Assembly: GCA_963844715.1 (NCBI GenBank)
Contig: CAWJPJ010000007.1
Span: 480,001 to 544,000 of the forward strand
Length of the DNA: 64,000 bases
Reading direction: 5' to 3'
Origin: an uncultured Phycisphaerales bacterium
Lineage (GTDB): Bacteria > Planctomycetota > Phycisphaerae > Tepidisphaerales > Tepidisphaeraceae
The notes beneath the pieces were generated by a model. That model searched no databases and was not told the DNA's origin. It was given only the letters and a program-made list of their open reading frames with translations. The position numbers and the translations under genes are program-made. Below, piece after piece: positions 55,507 to 64,000 of this stretch (its first letter is position 1; the number at the start of each line of letters is the position of its first letter).

Positions 55507-55887
55507 TCAGTGTCCAATTTTCTTGAGATAATCATCGGCGGAGAGAAGTTTACTGGTTTCATCGGCGCTCGCCACTTTCACCTTGATCATCCAGGCGCCG
55601 GAATATGGGTCGGCATTGACCAGGCCGGGGTTGGAATCGAGTTCGGCATTGACGGCGGTGACCGAGCCGGTGACGCCGCTCACGAGATCGGCGGTGGCTT
55701 TGACCGATTCGATCTCGCCGAACGGCACACCCGCTTTGACGGACTGCCCGACCGTGGGCAATTTCACATAGGTGATGTCCGTCAACTCATCGGCGGCGAA
55801 TTGAGTGATGCCGATGGTGACGGTATCGCCGTCGATCTTGTGCCATTCGTGGGTCTGCAAATAACGTCGGTCTTGTGGTACGGGCAT
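55507..55887 (-). CDS. gcvH: glycine cleavage system H protein
   Basis: [20 protein letters not shown] (lipoyl-Lys), NADPYSGAW. Confidence 0.96.
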   Translation of the reverse strand: MPVPQDRRYLQTHEWHKIDGDTVTIGITQFAADELTDITYVKLPTVGQSVKAGVPFGEIESVKATADLVSGVTGSVTAVNAELDSNPGLVNADPYSGAWMIKVKVASADETSKLLSADDYLKKIGH

Positions 55888-55895
55888 GGTTGATC

Positions 55896-56991
55896 CTATG
55901 TCTTTGGATTTCTGCGGTAAAACGGCAGCGGGACAATTTTAGCCGGGTGTTGCGATGAGCGCAAGTCGACCAGCAATTCGGTTCCGACCTCGGCGTGGCG
56001 GGAGTCAACGTAAGCCATGGCGATGCTTTTTTGCAGCGTGGGGCTGAGGGTTCCGCTGGTGACTTCGCCGACGTGGGCGGCCCGGTGCAAAACGGCCGAC
56101 CCCTGGCGGGCGATGCGCTGGCCGGACAATTCCAGGCCGACGAGTTTTCTTGCCGGGCCATTCTTCGCGATGACGCGGAGCGGCTCGACGCCGATGAATT
56201 CCTTTTTCAGATCGACGGCCCAATCGAGGCCGGCCGAGATCGGATCGGTTCCCTCGGAGAGTTCATGCCCATAAAGAGGCATGGCGGCTTCGAGGCGAAG
56301 GGTATCGCGGGCGCCCAGGCCGGCGGGTTGGATGATGGAATCAGGCTGGCACAGCCCGGACGAAAGGGATTTGAGCGAGCCGGTTGCCGCCTGCGGCGGA
56401 GAGAATAATTTCGACGCCGTCTTCGCCGGTATATCCGCTGCGAAAGACCGTGTAGGCGGACATCAGATGCCGGCCGTTTTCAAAACTCCAGCGCGGGAGC
56501 GAGGTTAATTCGACCGCCAGCACGCTGCTGATTTCGTCGATCACCCTGGGGCCCTGGATGGCGACCATCGCGGTGGCCTCGGTGCGGTCGTCGATTTTCA
56601 CGTCAAAGCCCTCGCTATGCGCGGCAAGATGCTTGACGATTTTATCGCGATTGGACGCGTTGCAGATGATGAGCCAATGCTTGGCGTCTTTTCCGACGAC
56701 GATGTCGTCGAGCACGCCGCCGGCTTCGTTGCAGACCAGGCTGTAGCGAATTTGCCCGGTTCGGAGATTGGCGACGTTGCGGGTAAGGATTTTATTTAGG
56801 AAAGGGAGGGCGTCTTTGCCGGTGATAAAGAGCCGGCCCATGTGCGAGACGTCAAAGAGGGACCCGCTGGTTCGCGTCTGCTGATGCTCGGCGGCGATGC
56901 CGCGATAGAGCAGCGGCATCTCCCACCCGGCGAAGTCGACCATTTTCGCTCCGCAGGAGACGTGAAACTCATACAACGGCGTTCGCAGCAT
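55896..56991 (-). CDS. gcvT: aminomethyltransferase (frameshift ~56390)
   Basis: RTPLY, FAGWEMP, FDVSHMG, RSGYTGEDG, GLGARDTLRLEAAMPLYGHE. Confidence 0.95.
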
Positions 56992-57061
56992 GAATCGGCG
57001 AAAGGTAGTTCTGGAGGTTTAGCGCGTCAAGGAAACGCCCGCGGGCGTATAATTGTTTACC

Positions 57062-58423
57062 ATGAAGAGCATCAACCCCGCGACCGAAGAAATCATCGCA
57101 GAATATCCCGAGCATAGCTGGGAACAGATCGAAGCCGCATGCGCGGCGGCGAAGGAAGCGTTTCGTTCCTGGCGGAAAACGCCGCTCGCGCAACGGTGCG
57201 ATTTGCTTCGCCGCGCGGCGAGCGTGCTGCGGGAGAGGCGTTCGACTTTGGCCCCGCTGATGACCAGCGAGATGGGCAAGACGATCGCCGCCAGCGAAGG
57301 GGAAATCGACAAGTGCGTATTCGGATGCGAATACTTCGCGCAGCAGCGCCGAGGTTTCTGGCGGCGGAGCCGATGCTATCAGATGCGACGAGCAGTTATG
57401 TTCGATTCGATCCTCTTGGCGTCGTCCTGGCGATCATGCCGTGGAATTTTCCGATCTGGCAAGTGCTGCGATTTGCGATTCCGGCGCTGGCCGCCGGCAA
57501 CACGGTTTTGCTGAAGCATGCGCCGAATGTTCCGGGTTGTGCACTGGCGATCGAAAAGCTTTTTGCCGATGCGGGATTTCCCAAGGGCGTTTTCACGTCG
57601 CTGCTGGTTTCGGACAACGCGACGGCGGAGCAATTGGCGGCGCATCCAAGTTTGGCGGCGATCACGCTGACGGGAAGCGAACGCGCCGGCTCCATCGTCG
57701 CGTCGATCGCGGGGAAGTCGCTGAAAAAGACGGTCATGGAATTGGGCGGGTCCGATCCGTTCATCGTTTTGGACGATGCCGATCTTTCGACGGTTATTCC
57801 GGCGGCCGTGGATTCGCGATGCCAGAATAACGGGGAGAGCTGCATCGCCGGAAAACGATTCATCGTTCACAAAAGAATCGCGGCCACCTTCGAACAGCAA
57901 TTCACCGCGGCGATGGCAGCGCTGAAAGTGGGCGACCCGATGGATCGCGCGACGAAACTCGGGCCGCTGGCGCGGCACGATCTGCTCGAAAATCTACGCC
58001 GCCAGACGGAGGCGACGATCGCGCAGGGGGCGCGGCTGGCGACGGGCGGGCATCGCCTTCCGGGCAAAGGGTTCTTCTTTGAGCCGACGGTGTTGACGGA
58101 TGTCGAGCCGTTTATGACGGCGTTTGTCGAGGAGACCTTCGGCCCGGTCGCCGCGGTGATCCGCGGCAACAGATATCGATCATGCGGTTCAATTGGCAAA
58201 CGAAAGCCGCTATGGATTGGGCGCGAGCCTTTGGACGAGCGATCTGGATCGCGCCCAGAAGCTTGCCGGTGAAATCGAGGCGGGAGCGGTTTTCATCAAT
58301 GGAATCGTCAAATCCGACCCGCGATTGCCGTTTGGGGGCACCAAAAATAGCGGGTGGGGCCGGGAATTGTCACAATTCGGCATCCGCGAATTCGTGAACA
58401 TAAAAACGGTCTGGATTCGATAA
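57062..58423 (+). CDS. NAD(P)-dependent succinate-semialdehyde dehydrogenase-type aldehyde dehydrogenase (frameshifted)
   Basis: [61 protein letters not shown]. Confidence 0.92.
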
Positions 58424-58529
58424 TTCTGTTGCCTGTCCATAAGTGGCGCGGGTCGGGAAGCCGAAATGGGATTCCCAGGTGGAAATCCATACCGAAGCTG
58501 TTTTAGAATCTCAGTCTCGGAACTCACCG

Positions 58530-59700
58530 ATGCGATCAAGAAAATTCCTCATCGCGGCCTTGTGCCTGACTGTAGCGGTGTCTGCTTTAAGCGGGTGTAA
58601 TCGTTCCCCGCAGCCGCAGGGTTTTACAATGCCGCCGGCGGCTGTGGTGATTGCCCCGGTGGTGACGGCGGACGTGCCGATCTATCTGGATGAGATCGGG
58701 AAGACGGTTGCCAAGGAGTCGGTAACCATCCAGCCGCAGGTTTCGGGGAAGCTGGATCGGCGCGATTTCGCGGACGGCGCGGATGTGAAGGCAGGGCAAA
58801 AACTCTTCACCATTGATCGCGCGTCCGTTCCAGGCTTTGGTGGACTCCGCCGAGGCGCAGCTCGAGCAGGCGGAGGCGCAGCGGGAGATCGCACGGATCA
58901 ATTTCAATCGCGACGCGAATCTGCTGCCGACCCAGGCTGTGTCCCAACAGGATTATGACACGGCGAAGAACGCCGTCGCGGTTGGGGAAGCCAACGTCAA
59001 AGCGGCGCAGGCGGCAGCTGGAAACCGCGAAATTGAATCTCAATTATTGCACGATCGCGTCGCCCATCGACGGGCGGGCCGGATTGCGACTGGTCGATCC
59101 CGGAAACGTGGTGACGGCTAACTCGAGCAATTTGCTGGTGGTTCAGAAGATTACGCCGATCGAAGTGCAGTTCACGGTGCCCGAATTACAACTGGATCGC
59201 GTCCGCGCGGAAATGGCCGGGGGGACATTGCAGGTTCAGGTGCATACTCAGGACGATGATCGCCCGCCGGCGGAAGGCGAACTCGAGTTTCTCGACAACA
59301 GCGTTCAGGACGGGACGGGGACGGTTTACCTGCGGGCACTGCTGGAGAACAAGGATCGGCGGTTTTGGCCGGGGCAGTTCGTGCAGGTGCGCCTGATTTT
59401 GGCGACGGTTCATGACGCATTGCTGATTCCGGCCGAGTCGGTGCAGGTCGGGCAGCAAGGATCTTTCGTTTTCATCCTGAACCCTGACGGCACGGCGGCG
59501 CAGCGCAACATCACGCCTGGGCAGCGGCAGGGGGATGACATTGTCATCGAAAAGGGGCTTGCGGCGGGGGAGACGGTGATCCGCTCGGGGCAATTGATGG
59601 TTCAGCCGGGATTACCCGTTAACGTGACGAACCCCGCGGCAACGCAGCCTGCCGCGGCGGGGACTGCCGACGCCGACCCGATGCCGGAGCCAAGCCATGA
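58530..59700 (+). CDS. RND efflux periplasmic adaptor (MdtA-like), frameshifted
   Basis: LSGC lipobox, VTIQPQVSG, IASPIDGRAG, LDNSVQDGTGTV, FWPGQFV. Confidence 0.9.
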
Positions 59701-62700
59701 ATCTCTCCGAGCCGTTTATTCGCCGCCCGGCGATGACCACGTTGCTGACGGTGACGTGCATCCTGTTTGGCGTGCTGGCGTATCGATCGCTGCCGGTGAA
59801 CGATCTTCCTTCGGTGGATTATCCGGTCATTCAGGCGCAAGTGAATTATCCGGGCGCCAGTCCCGAGACGATGGCCGCCAACGTCGCCACGCCGCTGGAA
59901 AAGCAGTTCATGCAGATTCCGGGGCTGTCAGGTGGTGACCAGCTCCAGCGGGCAGGGGCATACGAGCTTCACGCTTCAGTTTGATTTGAGCAAGAGCGTC
60001 GATGCGGCCGCGACGGACGTTCAGGCGGCGATCTCGCAGGCGGCAGGGGAGTTTGCCGGTCGATTTGCCCTCGCCGCCGACGTTTTCCAAGACCAATCCG
60101 AACGACCAGGCGATCATGTACATCGCCCTGGTCAGCGACACGGTCACCGGGCGGCGATCTGTACGACTACGCCAGCACCGAGGTGGCGCAGCGCATCAGC
60201 ATCTTGCCCGGGGTTTCGCGGGTGGATACCTACGGGACGAAATCCGCCGTGCGAATCAAGGCCGATCCATCGGCGCTGGCGATCCGCGGGATGACGATCG
60301 AACGATTTGTCAGCCGCGATCGGCAAAGGGACGGACTACGAAGGGGCGGGGCAGTTGGATGGCCCGCACCGGACTTTTTTGCTTCAGCCGCAGGGACAAC
60401 TCACCGATGCGGCGCAATACAACAATCTGATCGTCGCGATTCGCAACGGTGCGCCGGTTTATCTGCGCGACGTGGCGACGGCGGTCGATACCGTCGAGGA
60501 CGAGCGAATCGCGATGCATTTCTGGGATCGCGATTTCAACGTTCCGCCGGCCGTCGTGGTGCTGGCGGTGTTCCGGCAGGGGGGGACCAATGCGGTGCAG
60601 GTTGCCCAATCGGTGCGCGATCTGCTCCCGCAGATGCAGGTTCAGTTGCCGCCGTCGATTCGGATGTATCCGATTTACGACCGGTCGCTGTCGATCGTTC
60701 ACTCGGCCGACGACGTGCAGACGACGCTGCTGATCGCGTTCGTTCTGGTGGTGATCGTGATCTTCGTGTTCCTCGGCCGGGCCAACGACACGCTGATTCC
60801 GGTGGTCGCCCTGCCGCTCTCGCTGCTGCTGACGTTCATCGTCATGCAGGTCCTGGGATACAGCCTGGACAATCTTTCGCTGATGGCGTTGACGCTGGCG
60901 ATTGGGTTTCTGGTGGACGATGCGATCGTGTTTCTGGAGAACACCGTCAGCCGGATGGAGCATGGCGAAACCGCGCTGGTCGCTTCGATCAACAGCGCCA
61001 AGCAGATCAGCTTGACGATTTTGTCGATGACGGTGTCGCTGGCGGCGGTGTTCGTGCCGCTGGTTTTCATGCCGGGACTGGTGGGGCGGATATTCCGCGA
61101 GTTCGCGGTGACGATCATCGTCTCGATCATTCGCGTCGGGAATGGTTTCGTTGACGCTCACGCCGATGATGTGCTCGCGCATGCTGGCCAATCGCGGCAA
61201 GGGGCATCGCAAGACGATAATGGAGCGCATCGGGCAATTGGCGTGATCGACCGCGTTTTGGTCGTGTACGGAAGATCGCTCTCCTGGTTCCTGCGGCACC
61301 GCTGGATTTCGCTGTGCATCTGGTTCATCACGATGATCGGGACTCTCTGGCTCTTCACGGCGGTCCCCAAGTCGTTCCTTCCGATCGGGGACAGCGGATT
61401 TATCCGCGGCCTAATGATCGGCCAGGAAGGCGCTTCGTATCAAGCAGATGCGCGTCTACCAGCACCAGGTGGACTCCATCATGCAGCCCAATCCGCCGTG
61501 CAAGCGACATTTACGCTGACCGGGTTCGCGCAATTCCTGCCTTCGAACCAGGGTTTTGTGCTCGCGTTTCTGAAGGACCGGGATCAGCGTCAGTCTATCA
61601 ATGCCGTGGTTGGGCAGTTGATGGGGGCATTCCGATCGATCTTAACTGTTTTACGGTTACGCAGCCGTCTCCCGTGTTGCAAATCAGCACGGGGGCGACG
61701 GCGAGCAACCAGGGGAAATACGCGTTATGCGATCTCCGGAATCGACCGGGGCAGGTGGACGAGGCCGGCAAAAAGCTGAAATACGCGATGTTGCCAAATC
61801 GGGGCCGACCGGGCTGTTTCAAAGCGTGTCGTCCGATCTGTTCACCCAGACCCCAATCTTCAGATCGATATTCTGCGGGACCCGGCCTCGACTACGGCGT
61901 TTCCGGCGACCATCGATCTTAAACACCATCCGGCAGGCGTATTCGCAGAATTACGTCTACCTGATCAAGAAGACCGGAAGATCAATTTCAGGTGATTCTC
62001 GAAGCGGCGGACGCGGACCGGGCGCATTCCGGCCGATCTTGCCAATGCTGTACGTGCAGTCCGATGACGGGCAGAGGCTGGTTCCGATGCCGGCGGTGGC
62101 GACGTGGCACGAAACGCTCGGGCCGCAGAACGTGAACCACATCAACCAGTTTCCCTCGGTGACGATTTACTTCAATCTGAATGAGGACGTCCCGATCGGC
62201 GTGGCGACCGATTTCATCACCGGCGTCGCCGCGCAGGTCATCCCGCCGGGAATCCGCGGAACGCTGCAGGGCGAAGCCAAGGATTTCGCCGACACAATGC
62301 AGCGTGCTGAGCATCCTGATGCTGCTGGCGGTATTCGTCATGTACGTGATCCTGGGAATTCTGTACGAAAGCTATGTGCATCCGCTGACGGTCTTGTCGG
62401 CGCTGCCGGTGGCGCTGGTGGGCGGGCTGGCTGACGCTTTGGATCGCGGGGAAAATTTTCGCACCATCGACGCATCGCTTTACGCCTTCATCGGCTTGTT
62501 CATGCTGATGGGGATCGTCAAGAAGAACGGGATCATGATGATCGACTTTGCGCTTCAGCGCATGGCGCATGGGCAGAACAGCGTGGACGCGATTCACGAC
62601 GCGAGCATGAATCGATTCCGCCCGATCATGATGACGACGCTGGCGGCGCTGATGGGCGCGGTGCCGATCGCGCTGGGCTTCGGCGCCGACGGGCAATCGC

Positions 62701-62975
62701 GTCGGCCGCTGGGTCTGGTGATCGTCGGCGGGCTTATCGTTTCGCAGTTCATCACGCTCTACATCACGCCGGTGATTTATCTCTATCTGGAGCAATTCCA
62801 GGAGAAGGTGCTCGACCGGACCAGCTTCTTCCATTCGGTGCGCAATCTGGCGGGCGCCGACGTCGAGGTGCTGGGTCACGAGGCTGGGGAGGGCTCCAAT
62901 GGAAAGGGCGGGAACGGGAGCGAAAACGCCGATTCGGCCACCCAGCGCGACAGGTCTGAAACCGCGTTCCGATAA
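59697..62975 (+). CDS. RND efflux permease (MdtB/MdtC-like), multiple frameshifts
   Basis: FIRRPAMT, LPVNDLPSVDYP, GFLVDDAIVFLEN, GIVKKNGIMMIDFA, RFRPIMMTT. Confidence 0.92.
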
Positions 62976-63155
62976 AAACGCTTCCCTGGATTACCCATTT
63001 TCTCCCGCAGTTTACCGGACGTTCCATTCCGTCCGACGGGGCAATTGGCGCAAGATATTTCGTTGATATGGGATCAGCCCCACGGTAGGATTCCGTGACT
63101 CGGCCGTTGAGGAAACTTGGTTTCGCACCCCTAATTTGTAGTGACGGAGTCAACC

Positions 63156-64000
63156 ATGAAATTGTGGAAAGGTCTGGCAGGCGTGGCCATGGTCATGCTC
63201 GCGACGGGCGGCATAGCGCGGGCACAGGATACGGGCACAGGAACGGGCGACAACGGAACCGGCAACGAGGTGGTCGCCCCCGCCGCCACGCCGGCGGAGA
63301 CGCCGACGCAAACCGCTCCGCTGATGGACGCGCTGGATCGCGCCCATCTCTCCGGCCCGCTGGATGCGGCGAACATCAACATCTACGGCTTCGTCGAAGC
63401 GGGCTGGATGTACGATTACAACACGCCGACCAACATCACTCCCGCCAAGAGCGCTCCCGGCGATTTCATTTTCTTCCCCGGCGCGTACAAAGATTCGCTG
63501 ATGCTGAACCAGGTCGACCTCACCATCGAGCGCACGGTCGACATCAACAAAAACAGTTGGGACGTCGGCTTCCTTGTCGAGGGCATCTACGGCCGCGACG
63601 CGTTCTTCACGCACTCGCACGGCATGCTGGACGAGGATAACAAAAACGGCGGCACCACCGGGCCGGACGATCAGCTCGACCTGCCGCAGGCGTATATCGA
63701 TGCGGTTATCCCGGTCTGGAATGGAATTGAAGTCAAGGCCGGGAAAATGGCCGACCTCCTCGGCGTGGAAACCATCAACCCGACCAAGAACGTCTTCTAC
63801 ACGCACAGTTATCTTTTTAGTTACGGCACGCCGTTCACCCAGACCGGCGTTTTGGGCACGATCAATATGCCCAGCGACATCAGTTCCACGGAATCGAGCA
63901 CGATGACGTTCGGCCTCACTCGCGGCTGGAACCAAAGCACGGAAGACAACAACGGCGTCCCCGACGGGTATTTCCAATTCGCACACCGCGGCGATTGGCT
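63156..64000 (+). CDS. outer-membrane beta-barrel porin (BBP2/DUF1597-like), runs off window
   Basis: Not in ORF track; ATG 63156 open to end: signal peptide, LNQVDLTIER, QLDLPQAY, KAGK..LLGVETINP, FYTHSYLF, PFTQTGV, GWNQ. Confidence 0.85.
   Translation, partial: MKLWKGLAGVAMVMLATGGIARAQDTGTGTGDNGTGNEVVAPAATPAETPTQTAPLMDALDRAHLSGPLDAANINIYGFVEAGWMYDYNTPTNITPAKSAPGDFIFFPGAYKDSLMLNQVDLTIERTVDINKNSWDVGFLVEGIYGRDAFFTHSHGMLDEDNKNGGTTGPDDQLDLPQAYIDAVIPVWNGIEVKAGKMADLLGVETINPTKNVFYTHSYLFSYGTPFTQTGVLGTINMPSDISSTESSTMTFGLTRGWNQSTEDNNGVPDGYFQFAHRGDW

Noticed and set aside
56992..57061. Glycine riboswitch before gcvT
   Set aside because: Only ~70 bp of divergent intergenic space; no aptamer consensus.
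834..62975. Widespread frameshifts read as pseudogenes or programmed frameshifting
   Set aside because: They hit core genes (upp, rho, metH, nuoG, gcvP, gcvT), often at homopolymer or GC runs, with intact protein motifs on both sides; long-read indel error is the simplest explanation. Read polishing would confirm.

Overview
GC-rich, densely coding bacterial chromosome segment. Gene content (TPR-extended secretin, pilB-pilT-pilB, BBP2-type porin, YXWGXW protein, N-terminally extended sigma-70) suggests Planctomycetota, probably Phycisphaerae/Tepidisphaerales; this is inference, no search was run. It is mostly housekeeping: upp, rho, coaE, leuD-like, metH, nuoGHI, guaB, mqnC-like, gcvTHP, an aldehyde dehydrogenase, an RND pump, glycosyl/acyltransferases and type IV pilus/T2SS ATPases. 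Many conserved genes carry single-base frameshifts, best explained by long-read indel errors, so several gene boundaries are approximate. The most interesting signals are non-coding: (1) a ~570-nt ornate, GNRA-tetraloop-rich RNA candidate on the minus strand at ~40800-41370 that I cannot match to RNase P, tmRNA, SRP, 6S or an intron; (2) a four-helix-bundle (23S-IVS/Avd-like) gene enclosed by inverted 8-mer tandem-repeat arms, plus two 'empty' heptamer-repeat hairpins; (3) a ~85-nt sRNA candidate with promoter, anti-SD-like seed and terminator at ~7486-7568; (4) a ~355-nt structured leader before the secretin gene; (5) a TA-bounded MITE-like palindrome and a REP-like repeat family. No rRNA, tRNA, CRISPR array or transposase was seen.
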